Positions 39,592 to 49,001 of a DNA stretch of 64,000 bases are shown here, one piece after another (the stretch's first letter is position 1; every line of letters begins with the position of its first letter). The position numbers and the translations under genes are program-made. The stretch covers positions 864,001 through 928,000 of the forward strand of contig CAXXVS010000003.1 in assembly GCA_963674755.2 (NCBI GenBank), in the 5' to 3' direction. Origin of the DNA: Desulfobacterales bacterium. GTDB lineage: Bacteria > Desulfobacterota > Desulfobacteria > Desulfobacterales > UBA5852. The notes below the pieces were generated by a model. The model was not told the DNA's origin. It did not search any database and saw only the letters and a program-made list of their open reading frames with translations.

Positions 39592-40977
39592 TTAAATTCC
39601 CAGAAACAGCTTGGCCGTGCTGAAATAGATGAACAGCCCGGTGATGTCCACGATGGTGGTCAGGGCGGGGCTGGCCACCACGGCCGGGTCCCATTTCATT
39701 TTGGCGGCACCCAAAGGCAAAAGCGCGCCGATCAGGGTCGAGGTGACCACCTGCAACCCCAGCGCAATGGAAATGGCGATGCCGAGCCGGATCAACGAAT
39801 AGCTGCCGGGAAGCACCGCTCCCCCGCCCAGGAAGAGCACTCGCCCGAAGGCGATGGTCCCCAGCAGCAGGGCCAGCAGCAAGGCCACACGGAATTCCCG
39901 GGACAGAATGCGCAGAATGTCTTTGGTCGAAACTTCATTGAGGGCCAGGGCCCGGACCACCAGAGTGGCGGACTGGCTGCCGGTATTGCCGCCCGTGTCG
40001 GCCAGCATCGGCATGAAGGCCGCCAGAATCGTAAACTGCATCAGCAGACCTTCGAAATTCTGGACGATAAGACCGGACACCAGTCCCAGCAGTGCCAGGG
40101 CGATGATCCAGGGCGCCCGGTTCCGGAAATGCTGCCAGACCGAGGTTTTCATGTACACGGCGTCTTCGTGGCTGCCGGCGATGGCCATGAATTTTTCCAT
40201 GTCCTCGGTGTGCTCCTGGGTGATGATGTCCAGGGCGTCGTCCTGGGTGATGATGCCCACCAGCGCGTCGCCGCCATTGAGCACCGGCAGGGCCAGCAGG
40301 TCGAATTTCTGGATCGTGCGGGCGGCTTCCTCCCGGTCGTCATCCACCCGGACGGAGATGACCTCGGGATGCATGATGTCGCCGACCCGATCCTCCCGAC
40401 GGGCGACAATAAGATCCTTGAGGGAGACGAAGCCCAGCAGCTTGCGCTGATCATCCACCACATAGGCGTAGTAGATCGTTTCTTTGTCCGGAGCGACCTC
40501 GCGGAGGCGTTCGACGGCCTGCTGCGCGGTCAGCCGCGGGGAGAGGGTGGCATAGTCCGATGTCATGACGGAGCCGGCGGTGCCCTCTTCGTAGGCGATC
40601 AAACGGCGGATATCTTCCCGCTCGGCCTGGGCCAGGGCCGGCAGAACCGCTTCCCGCCGATCCTCGGGCAGGCTTTTGAAGAGATCGGCGCGTTCGTCGT
40701 GGGGCATGGCGGTCATCAAACGGGCGATTTCATCGCGCGGCAGGGGTTCCAGGATGGCCATCTGGAGATCGCTCTCCAGGTGGCCGAAAATATCGGCGCG
40801 CAGGAATGGATCGGCCTGGCGCAGGACGCCCCAGGCTTCCGGGGCTTCAAGCGGGGCAATCATTTCGGCAATGGTGGCCGGGTGGCCGGACTCGCAGAAA
40901 TCCTGAAGGGCTTTGGTGTCCCCGGCGGCAAGCAACTCGCGCAGCTCGGGGACCACGAGCGGATTCTTGTTGATCAT
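39592..40977 (-). CDS. mgtE: Magnesium transporter MgtE
   Basis: MgtE_N, CBS pair (TAGSVMT), GGNTGSQ, DPAVVASPALTTIVD. Confidence 0.96.
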   Translation of the reverse strand: MINKNPLVVPELRELLAAGDTKALQDFCESGHPATIAEMIAPLEAPEAWGVLRQADPFLRADIFGHLESDLQMAILEPLPRDEIARLMTAMPHDERADLFKSLPEDRREAVLPALAQAEREDIRRLIAYEEGTAGSVMTSDYATLSPRLTAQQAVERLREVAPDKETIYYAYVVDDQRKLLGFVSLKDLIVARREDRVGDIMHPEVISVRVDDDREEAARTIQKFDLLALPVLNGGDALVGIITQDDALDIITQEHTEDMEKFMAIAGSHEDAVYMKTSVWQHFRNRAPWIIALALLGLVSGLIVQNFEGLLMQFTILAAFMPMLADTGGNTGSQSATLVVRALALNEVSTKDILRILSREFRVALLLALLLGTIAFGRVLFLGGGAVLPGSYSLIRLGIAISIALGLQVVTSTLIGALLPLGAAKMKWDPAVVASPALTTIVDITGLFIYFSTAKLFLGI

Positions 40978-41041
40978 GGTTCACCTCCCATATTGGCAGC
41001 CGCGTTGGCGGGACAATCGCGGCCGGAGGCGAACCGGGGCG

Positions 41042-41206
41042 TTAGAGGCGTTCCGCGCTGTACGGGGGGTACAGGCAGGGCGGACGCCGGCCCCTCAAAC
41101 CTCTGGCCGCAGGACTATTCCGTCTTGCGCCAGGGTCGTCGGGATCGTCAGGGGACGATTCCCGGACAGGATTCGGGCTGCTGGTGCTGACAGCCGCATC
41201 GTTCAT
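41042..41206 (-). other. Possible Pro-rich leader ORF upstream of mgtE
   Basis: AAGGA RBS; 54 aa with 10 Pro (PDDPDDP, two PP); ends 64 nt before the mgtE start. Confidence 0.35.
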
Positions 41207-41366
41207 TGGAGATCCTTGCGATAAAGGTTGAAAATGTGGAGCATATGTTTCCGTGCGGTCTCCTTTTACGCCTCGGGATGTAAAATACAAGCTTTTTCTT
41301 CGATCGATCGGTTTGCATACGCCGCAAGTTGTCGGCCGGATCCTCCGATCGGCCGGAAAACCTGAA

Positions 41367-41711
41367 ATGCAAGACGGTATTTACGACATCGTCATTTCCG
41401 CCGGCGCTGCCAGGGTTGCAGGGCAGGTGGCGCTCAAGGCCAATCGCCTCAACGGCGGCGCGGAGGGCTATCGCTGCCAGGGGAGGTTGACTCTCGCCGG
41501 CGGCAATCTGGCCGGGACCATCGGCATCAACAAGAGGGATGCCGCCGCGCCGGCAGTCCTGGGCCTTTTCAAAGAGATCGTCGTTCCGGTTGTGGGGCGC
41601 TACGACCCGGCGGGGCCATCCTTCGTTTTCGAAGGCCGCGCCTACGGGCACCATGTTATTCAGGTTGCGGTAAGCGGCACGTTTGCCACATCGTTTCCGG
41701 GCGCTAGTTGA
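41367..41711 (+). CDS. GrlR-like small beta-barrel protein
   Basis: MQDGIYDIVI..NRLNGG..YRCQG pattern. Confidence 0.55.
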   Translation: MQDGIYDIVISAGAARVAGQVALKANRLNGGAEGYRCQGRLTLAGGNLAGTIGINKRDAAAPAVLGLFKEIVVPVVGRYDPAGPSFVFEGRAYGHHVIQVAVSGTFATSFPGAS

Positions 41712-41790
41712 ATACCGCGCCCCGGAACACGAATCAGCAGCGACGGCCGGGGGCGGGCGCGGCGGGGAGAGAACACCCCCCGCACCAGGT

Positions 41791-44061
41791 TTAATCCGGC
41801 AGCCGGAAGGGAACCGTGGCCCGGTTGTTGTTGCGGTCCGGGTCGAGCAGGGTCTGATCCGGGTCGGCAATCACCATGAGCCGGTAGGCGCGGTCGGTTC
41901 TGTCGGGATTCACGTCGAAATGCCCCTCGATGTTCCGCGTTGTCCAGGCGCCCCCGGAAACATGTTCCACCGTAAAGCTGCCGCTCTCGATGGTATGGAA
42001 GTCGCTGGCGCCGTCATCGCGGTATTGCATCTCCCAACGGCAGGGGACAGCGGCTAAGGTGCCGGCCGGCCCTCCTGCGTCGGTTACCGCAAGATTGGTC
42101 AGGCTGACCTCCTGGTTGAAAGTGCAGTGCCAGACCGGTGCCGCCCAGGCGGAATGGCTGCCGCGGGTCAGACTGAAGTCCGAAGGATAGATGGCGATGC
42201 GCAGATCGTTGTCGGTGGCGCCTAAAACGCGCAGCTCGGCATTGAAGGTATTGTTGGCCGCGTCGCTATCGATGCTGGCGCCGAAAGGTTGAAGCCGGAA
42301 TTCCAGCGGAAGGTGCCGGCCGTGACGCATGGCGGGGATCTCGTCGCGGGGGAAGGAAAACGGCACCCGGACCAGGAGGATACCGTCGGTCGCAGGCCTG
42401 TCCCGGTAGGTAAACGAGGCCCCCTCGGCCGGATGGGTGATATTATCGCCGGTGCGGGCGCTCAGCACCGTCAGGCGATTGTCCCAGGTCGTTCCCGGCG
42501 GCAGGTTGGGCGGGACCGGGATGCCGTTCCAGCGGACGCGGACCTCGAAGGTTCCCGTAACGGTGGCGCTTTCCCGCACGTCAATACCGGTGGCCAAACT
42601 GCCGACCCCCTCGAGGGTAACCGATTCGATGCCATAGTCGCAGCCATCGATGCGAAAGGTGCCGCTTTCGCCGAAGCAGCCGTCCCCGGCCTCGACGCGG
42701 ACGCGATACCGTCCCGGTGTCATGTAGCGATCCGGCCGCCAGCGGATCGAGTTGTTCCCTTCGTCACAGTCGACGTTTGTTTGAATCCGGGTTCGCTCCC
42801 CGTCGGCCTGACGCACCGCATAGAGATTAACCCGGTTGGGACAGGTAAAAAGGCTCATGGCGTCCGGCATGGTCCAGGTGATGTCCGTTTCGAAATCCCG
42901 AATCACCGCAGGGGGGGTCAGGGCCCCCGTTCGCGGGGTCCGGACCTGGATGGCCGTGGGTTCGGGGGTTGCGCGCAGGGGCTTGGAGCCGGTGTCCAGA
43001 CCGACGGCAAAATTGTCGCTAACGCCATAGACCGTTTCTCGGGTGGCGATGATCAAATAGTTGCGGCCGCTTGCGAGCTCTCCCGGAAGGAGCCAGGTAA
43101 AGGTGACGAGCGTATCGTCCGGTTCCCCGGACGCCGGAGGCGCGTAAGGACGCGTGGTGCGGGCCACCACATAGGCACCGTCGACCAGCTCGAAGGTAAT
43201 GTCGCCGGCCGGGGCCGTCCGGGTAAAGCGGTATTGCACCCGCAAGGGTTCCCCCGGCAGGACATGGGTGGCTTCCGAGGGCCGCTCGATGCGGATGCCA
43301 CTGTCCGTAAGGGCCTTGGTGGGACCCGCGGCCGATCCGCCCGCCCGGTGGATCCGCATTGGACTGGCGGGCTGGGGCCGATCGACCGAAACGAGCTCAT
43401 TGGCCGGTGCCATGGGGGCCGTGGGCTGGCGTATACGGCCGGCGGCAGTGGTGCCGGCCACCGGCGTGGGCTGCCGCGGGCGTTTGGGCTTGTGGAGGGT
43501 TTGGCCCGCTGAAGCGGTTCCGCCAACCATAGGCGGGTTCGGGACCGTGACCAGCATGGCGTGGCGGGTCTGCCATTTTCCGGCATAGAGAATCGCCGTC
43601 ACCCGCCCTGTGTGCATTATGGTCAGACCGGTATCGAGATCGGCGGTGTTCGCGTGCACGCGGGTGGCCGTCTTTTGGATAAGATCGCTCAGGCGCAGGT
43701 CGGCCCTGAGATCCCCGCTGCCGGAAGACAGTTTGAGGCCCACGGCCTTTACGAGGGTGGCATTGATTTTACGGCTGTCGTTGTTCTGGATAACGACGCG
43801 CAGCCGTTGGGCCTCGGCATAGAGGCGCACAATGGACAAAGCCCTGTTCTCCCGGGTGGGCGGCGCTGGAGCGAGCACCGGTTTGCCGGTGCCGGACTGG
43901 GGCATGTCCGGTGGATTGGACGCCGGTGCCGTTTTGCTTGTTTCGCTGGAGGATCCGGCGGGGATGATCACGCTTTTCTGGGCGGCATGACCGGGGAAGG
44001 CGATGCCCCAAACGGCCAGAGCGATGACGATGAGTCGGAGAAAGGTCGCGTAGCGGAGCAT
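41791..44061 (-). CDS. Secreted multi-Ig-fold protein (two Kre9/GPI-anchored-family-like domains, CARDB-like C-terminus)
   Basis: Signal peptide, Pro-rich linkers; repeated I..P...W...G.Y...G.S..F units; DSDAANN and DPDQTLLDPDRNNN motifs. Confidence 0.65.
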   Translation of the reverse strand: MLRYATFLRLIVIALAVWGIAFPGHAAQKSVIIPAGSSSETSKTAPASNPPDMPQSGTGKPVLAPAPPTRENRALSIVRLYAEAQRLRVVIQNNDSRKINATLVKAVGLKLSSGSGDLRADLRLSDLIQKTATRVHANTADLDTGLTIMHTGRVTAILYAGKWQTRHAMLVTVPNPPMVGGTASAGQTLHKPKRPRQPTPVAGTTAAGRIRQPTAPMAPANELVSVDRPQPASPMRIHRAGGSAAGPTKALTDSGIRIERPSEATHVLPGEPLRVQYRFTRTAPAGDITFELVDGAYVVARTTRPYAPPASGEPDDTLVTFTWLLPGELASGRNYLIIATRETVYGVSDNFAVGLDTGSKPLRATPEPTAIQVRTPRTGALTPPAVIRDFETDITWTMPDAMSLFTCPNRVNLYAVRQADGERTRIQTNVDCDEGNNSIRWRPDRYMTPGRYRVRVEAGDGCFGESGTFRIDGCDYGIESVTLEGVGSLATGIDVRESATVTGTFEVRVRWNGIPVPPNLPPGTTWDNRLTVLSARTGDNITHPAEGASFTYRDRPATDGILLVRVPFSFPRDEIPAMRHGRHLPLEFRLQPFGASIDSDAANNTFNAELRVLGATDNDLRIAIYPSDFSLTRGSHSAWAAPVWHCTFNQEVSLTNLAVTDAGGPAGTLAAVPCRWEMQYRDDGASDFHTIESGSFTVEHVSGGAWTTRNIEGHFDVNPDRTDRAYRLMVIADPDQTLLDPDRNNNRATVPFRLPD

Positions 44062-44198
44062 ACCAAAATTCCTTTTGATGAATTAAGACAATTGGGGTTG
44101 CTTTTCGGAAAAAAGCGCTGCTATTTTAAAACCTTGTAAAAGCAACCCGGACGACGAATAGTATTCGTTTGATTCCGAAATCGTCCTGTACTTGCTAA

Positions 44199-44225
44199 GG
44201 TGCCGGTCGAACCCGAAAAGGTTCA
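44199..44225 (-). promoter_or_regulatory. Putative ECF promoter for the 41791-44061 gene
   Basis: TGAACCTTTT-CGGGTTCGACCGGC-ACC. Confidence 0.55.
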
Positions 44226-44295
44226 AACGGAAATGTCTTTTCCCCCCATAGGAGATAGGCGGCGAAAACGTTCTTTCATTTAATGCCCGTCGCAA

Positions 44296-44322
44296 TGAAC
44301 TTTTTCCCCACTGGAAGCTACC
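44296..44322 (+). promoter_or_regulatory. Putative ECF autoregulatory motif
   Basis: TGAACTTTTT-CCCCACTGGAAGCT-ACC, ending 1 nt before the sigma ATG. Confidence 0.45.
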
Positions 44323-44323
44323 C

Positions 44324-44884
44324 ATGAACAGAGCGACATCGGCCGATCCGGATCACCGCCTGCTGAAGCTTGTGGCGGAAGGCGACCGCAGCGCCTTTCG
44401 GGAATTGTATGATGCGACCTCGCGGCGTATCTACTTCTACCTTTACCGCCTTATGCAGGATGCCAGCCTGGCGGAAGATGTCCAGATGGACGTTTATGTC
44501 GAGGTGTGGAAAGGGGCCGGAAAATTCCGGGGCCAATCGAAAGTGACCACCTGGATGTTCGGCATCGCCCGCAACCTGGCCTTTAAAACCCTGCGCAAGC
44601 AGCGCAGTCATGCCAATATCGACGACTATGTGTCGTTAGAGGACCCCGATCAGCCCGATCTGGACGCCCCGGATCGGCAAAGAATTGTAAAGCAGGCCAT
44701 GACCATGATTTCCGCCAAACATCGCGAAGTACTCGACTTCGTCTTTTTTCACCAGATGCCCTATCAGGAGATCGCGTCGCTTCTCGATATTTCGGTGAAC
44801 ACCGTCAAGACCCGGGTGTACTACGCCAAGGCGGCACTGCTGAAAACGATGGACGAACTGGGGGTGACGAAAGATGATTTATGA
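44324..44884 (+). CDS. ECF RNA polymerase sigma factor
   Basis: GDRSAFRELY, AEDVQMDVYVEVW, TWMFGIARN, YQEIASLL..NTVKTR. Confidence 0.93.
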   Translation: MNRATSADPDHRLLKLVAEGDRSAFRELYDATSRRIYFYLYRLMQDASLAEDVQMDVYVEVWKGAGKFRGQSKVTTWMFGIARNLAFKTLRKQRSHANIDDYVSLEDPDQPDLDAPDRQRIVKQAMTMISAKHREVLDFVFFHQMPYQEIASLLDISVNTVKTRVYYAKAALLKTMDELGVTKDDL

Positions 44885-45530
44885 TGCCGAAGCCCTTAAG
44901 GAAATGATACCACTCTATCTGAATGGCCAGCTCAGCGACGAGGAGCAGAAAGCGTTCGCACAAGGCCTGAAGGACTCCCCCGAACTGGCGGCGGAGGTGG
45001 CGGAATATGAAGCTATACAAGCCAGCTACCCTGATCTGGAGGCGGAAACGCCTTTTCCGCCGCAGGATATCCTGTTCGGCAGAATTATGGATAAAATCGA
45101 CCGTGAGGAGACCTCTCCTGTCCGGGACCAGGCGGTCGCCCGGGAGGTCAAATCCGGCTGGCGCGAAAAACTGGCGGACTTTTTCTACACAACCTTTAGA
45201 TCTCCCAAAGTGGCCTGGTCGGTGGCGGTGGTTCAGGTCGTGGTGATGGTGGTGCTCCTGGCAGGCATGCCCCAACGCGGCACCTTCCAAACCCTGACCG
45301 CCCCCGGCCGCCTGCCCGATGGCCTGATTACCCTCAATGTCGTCTTCGACCCCGATACGCGCGAGAAGGATATGCGCGCGGTGCTGATCGACAACGGGGC
45401 CACGATCGTCGGCGGGCCTTCAGCCGACGGGCGCTATATCGTTGCCATTGCCGGCAATCGATCACGGCAAGCGGTCGCCGACGCAATGCTGCAATCCGGC
45501 GTTGTGGCTTTTGTCGGACAGCACTATTGA
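44874..45530 (+). CDS. Single-pass anti-sigma factor (zf-HC2-like but lacking Zn ligands)
   Basis: Overlaps sigma stop; IPLYLNGQLSDEE; TM VAWSVAVVQVVVMVVLLAGM; ~70-aa periplasmic domain. Confidence 0.8.
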   Translation: MIYDAEALKEMIPLYLNGQLSDEEQKAFAQGLKDSPELAAEVAEYEAIQASYPDLEAETPFPPQDILFGRIMDKIDREETSPVRDQAVAREVKSGWREKLADFFYTTFRSPKVAWSVAVVQVVVMVVLLAGMPQRGTFQTLTAPGRLPDGLITLNVVFDPDTREKDMRAVLIDNGATIVGGPSADGRYIVAIAGNRSRQAVADAMLQSGVVAFVGQHY

Positions 45531-47491
45531 GGCCGGCCGTGACAGCCTTCCGCAGGCCCATTGCCCTGGTGACGGCGATCGTGACCGTCATGATCTGGTG
45601 TGCCGCCGTTACCGGTGCCGCGGCCCAATCCGCGCTGGTTGTCAAACCGCTGCCCGGGGCGGTTCGCTCCGTTCCTGCCGATCGCAAGAGTGCTTCGCCC
45701 GTCCCGGCGGCCATCGCCCGCCCGGACAAGGAAAAAGGGGCCACGGCCGCCAATTGCCCCCCCTTGGTCATCAACTCCGCCAACCAACTGCCCGGCGGTA
45801 CTGTCCAGCAGCCCTATCTTTTTCGCATCACGACCAGTGGGGGTATGCCCCCGGTCACGTTTGCGCTGTTGAAACAACATCCTTTGCCTCCCGGCCTGAA
45901 CCTCGAAAGAAGCGGATTGCTAACGGGCACACCGCAGGAAGCGGGGGAATTCGTATTTGCCATTGCGGCCGTTGACGGATGCCCTCAAGGATCGCGGAGC
46001 ATCGAAAAACGGTTTGTCCTGACCATCAAAGCGGCGACACCATCGGTGATGATGCAAGAGGCGCCCCTACCACAAAAACCGGTCGAGGCCGTCAACGGCG
46101 CGGACAGTGTCATGATCACCAAGCTCAGCTTAGCCTTCGAAAACGGCCAGACCCGTATCGCAGTGTCCAGGGACCAGAAGATTCCGTCCGTGGTAGCCCG
46201 TTTTGAGCTGCAAGGCCGCGGCGTGATTTCCGGTTATTGGGTAACCCCCGGCAAGGCCCGTATTTTCTTTAAGCAAGCGGCCAGCGCACCCGAAGCCCGC
46301 CTCAGTCTGCCGGCGGGGACCGCGCTGCCGTCGGACCATGTCGGAATGCATGAGATTCGCATCGTCCTGACCGCCCCCAATAAAGAATTCCCCGGTGCCG
46401 TGGCCCGCTATGTGGTGCGCCCGGCCATGCCGCCCTCAGGGGACTATATCGAAGGGCAGCTCGTCGTGACGGTTCCCCTGCAAACCAAAGCCCGGATGGC
46501 GGCGGAACTGGGTGCCAAATTCGGGCTGCGGTTGCTGGAAAGCTATGCCCTGACCTCCCTGTCCCAGGCGATCCTGGTGTTCGAAACGCGCGGCGACGTC
46601 GTGGCGTTGGCCGGTCAAGTGGCCGGCGAAGCCGACGTCTTAATGGCCCAGCCCAACCAGATTTTTCGGACCCTGACGGAGCCCAGGAGCCCGCTGCAAA
46701 GTCTATCCCGGCAGTTGAATTTCCCGCAGCTTCATCGTGTGAGCCGTGGCCGGGGCGTCACCATCGCCATCATTGATACCGGGGTGGACATTCATCATGA
46801 GGACCTGCGGGCCAACATCCGGGACACCCGGAATTTCATACCGCAAGACCCCTACCGGGCGGAAATTCACGGCACGGCCGTGGCCGGCATTATCGCAGCG
46901 GCCCTCAACGATACCGGCATTGCCGGTCTTGCCCCGGAAGCCCGGATCATCGCGCTGCGGGCCTGCCGGCAGGTATCGGAGACCGACCCCCAGGGGCAGG
47001 GCCATTCCGTTTCCATCAGCCGGGCTATCGATGCGGCCCTGGAGAGCAAGGTGGACATCGTCAACATGAGCTTGGGCGCGGGCACTTGGGACCGGCTGAT
47101 CGCCGCCCTCATTGGCGCCGGGAGCCGCCAGGGGATCCTGTTCGTCGCACCGGTGGGCAATCGGGAGGACCGCTCCGCACCGGCGTTTCCGGCGTCTCTC
47201 GAAACCGTGATCGCCGTGGGGGGCATCAAGGAAAACGGGGAGGTCTTCCCGAACCGTGAGCTTGCCGCGGCCGCCTGGGTGTGTGCGCCCTGCGACCATC
47301 TCTTTACGACGGTTCCCGGCAACCGTTACAACTTTCTGGACGGCACTTCCATCAGCGCGGCCGTGGTTTCCGGCCTGTTGGCGCTGTCATTGGAAAAGCG
47401 TCCCGACCTGTCCAAAGAAGACATACCCGCCGGCTGCGGCGCCATTCGCCAGTGGACCGAGGCGCTGTTAGGGATATCCCTCGACGAATAG
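45527..47491 (+). CDS. Secreted S8 (subtilisin-like) serine peptidase with He_PIG-type Ig domain
   Basis: Triad IIDTG / HGTAVAG / GTSIS, oxyanion PVGN; LPPGLNL..GLLTGTP Ig motif; overlaps anti-sigma stop. Confidence 0.9.
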   Translation: MRPAVTAFRRPIALVTAIVTVMIWCAAVTGAAAQSALVVKPLPGAVRSVPADRKSASPVPAAIARPDKEKGATAANCPPLVINSANQLPGGTVQQPYLFRITTSGGMPPVTFALLKQHPLPPGLNLERSGLLTGTPQEAGEFVFAIAAVDGCPQGSRSIEKRFVLTIKAATPSVMMQEAPLPQKPVEAVNGADSVMITKLSLAFENGQTRIAVSRDQKIPSVVARFELQGRGVISGYWVTPGKARIFFKQAASAPEARLSLPAGTALPSDHVGMHEIRIVLTAPNKEFPGAVARYVVRPAMPPSGDYIEGQLVVTVPLQTKARMAAELGAKFGLRLLESYALTSLSQAILVFETRGDVVALAGQVAGEADVLMAQPNQIFRTLTEPRSPLQSLSRQLNFPQLHRVSRGRGVTIAIIDTGVDIHHEDLRANIRDTRNFIPQDPYRAEIHGTAVAGIIAAALNDTGIAGLAPEARIIALRACRQVSETDPQGQGHSVSISRAIDAALESKVDIVNMSLGAGTWDRLIAALIGAGSRQGILFVAPVGNREDRSAPAFPASLETVIAVGGIKENGEVFPNRELAAAAWVCAPCDHLFTTVPGNRYNFLDGTSISAAVVSGLLALSLEKRPDLSKEDIPAGCGAIRQWTEALLGISLDE

Positions 47492-47851
47492 CCATCACGG
47501 CCCCCTTCCTTCAAGACATCATCACCGGATGACGCGACAACCCGATCCGTCCTATCTTCTCGAAGTCAGCGCGATTGTGTCGTTTTAAGGCGGACGGGGG
47601 ATCAAAGCGGGCGTGGTTGCTTGAGGATGGGCCGCGCGCCAGCGTAAACGGATGCGTGTCTGCGAGCCGTCGAGCAAGGGCCCGCACCGGAGTGCGCCAT
47701 GCCAGCGCAGGTTTGGACTGTGGTATGGGACGGTGCTGGTCGAGGATACGGGGCGGCAAGGGGGAAGCCATCCGGCCTCCCCCAAGATATTCAAGGGTCA
47801 TTTTGGGCGACAGCCGCTGCCCTCGCACCAGCTGTCAAGAGAACTTGGCAT

Positions 47852-48961
47852 TTACTGCAGGCGGAACTCCCGACGATCGCTTTCGCCGACGAGGTTGTTT
47901 TCCTTGTCGAAGCCCTTCACCTGCCAGCCGTAGGTCTTCTCCGGTATGAAATAATGCCGCAGGGCCGGTTCGGGGAGGAGGTAATCTGCCTTGTCGGCCA
48001 CATAAGCCGAAAACACGGGGCGATCTTCGTCCTTCAGGAAGAATTCCACCAGATAAGTCGCCACCCCGGGGGCCGGGTTCCAGGTTACACGGAACGGTGC
48101 GTAGGCCTCGATCGCCGTCCGGCCGGGGGTGGCCAGGTTGATGGGGGCCAGCGATGGCGTCCTGTCCGTGGTGACGTAGTAGATGGCCTTGGGAAACGGG
48201 ATATCCTGATCGGGTTGCTGGATCATCAGACGGACGGTGTGGCTGCCCTCCCTGAAAGTCGGCAACCCGGGAGCGGGCGGTGTCCGCAGGGTCAATCGAT
48301 TCCCTGAATTCAGGTATTGGTTGATATAGGCCAGAATCCGCCCGTCCACCAGCCAGTAGGCCCGCAGAAAGCCGGTGCCGGTGTATTGGAGGTCCGCACG
48401 AACGGCAAGATCGGTCGTGTTGCGTTTGACGGTGATATTGCCGAGGTTGTTGTCGAAATACAGTCGAATACTGGTAATTTGCAGCGGGCCCCCGCCGGCG
48501 GTGGTAATCGCAATATCGAGCGTCGCAATTTGATCCGGTATCTCAACATCGAGCGACGGTATTTGGTTCTGTGCAATAAATACCCTTCGATACTGGAATC
48601 GGCTGATTCCAAGCCTTTCAGCGCGCTGTAGGATTGTTTCGGAGATAACCAATTGTTCAACCGCCGTACCGATCCATTCGGAGGCTGCATTGGGTCCGGT
48701 CACCCGCTCACGCAGATTGGGTATTAGGGCGCGTTGCACTCTTCCCAATTCTGTCCCTCCGCTGACGAAAATCCCTTCCTGTGAAACAAAGTTCGGCGGG
48801 ATAAAGCTCAAGACGTTGAAGTTGTACCGGACCGTGTGCACGGTTTGGGTGCCTCTGGCAATGGTGAGCAATGATGGACTGGTTGATACCGCTGCCGTGG
48901 CCAGGCTTGACCACAGGAGAAGAAGACATGCGCAACCTGCAAGTAAAAGTGATTTTTTCAT
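47852..48961 (-). CDS. Secreted hypothetical protein (shared unnamed domain + FN3-like domain)
   Basis: Signal peptide; C-terminal part paralogous to 49002-49748 (PGLPT, TYLVEF, RPVxSA, TYxWQVKGF). Confidence 0.75.
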   Translation of the reverse strand: MKKSLLLAGCACLLLLWSSLATAAVSTSPSLLTIARGTQTVHTVRYNFNVLSFIPPNFVSQEGIFVSGGTELGRVQRALIPNLRERVTGPNAASEWIGTAVEQLVISETILQRAERLGISRFQYRRVFIAQNQIPSLDVEIPDQIATLDIAITTAGGGPLQITSIRLYFDNNLGNITVKRNTTDLAVRADLQYTGTGFLRAYWLVDGRILAYINQYLNSGNRLTLRTPPAPGLPTFREGSHTVRLMIQQPDQDIPFPKAIYYVTTDRTPSLAPINLATPGRTAIEAYAPFRVTWNPAPGVATYLVEFFLKDEDRPVFSAYVADKADYLLPEPALRHYFIPEKTYGWQVKGFDKENNLVGESDRREFRLQ

Positions 48962-49001
48962 CGGTTTCGCCTTAAGTTTGGATGATAATAAACCCGCGGC
49001 C

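Noticed and set aside
39580..41190. Long antisense ORFs (e.g. 39580-41190, 60431-61912, 42289-43512, 2358-3407)
   Set aside because: Shadow frames of real genes in GC-rich DNA; no motifs
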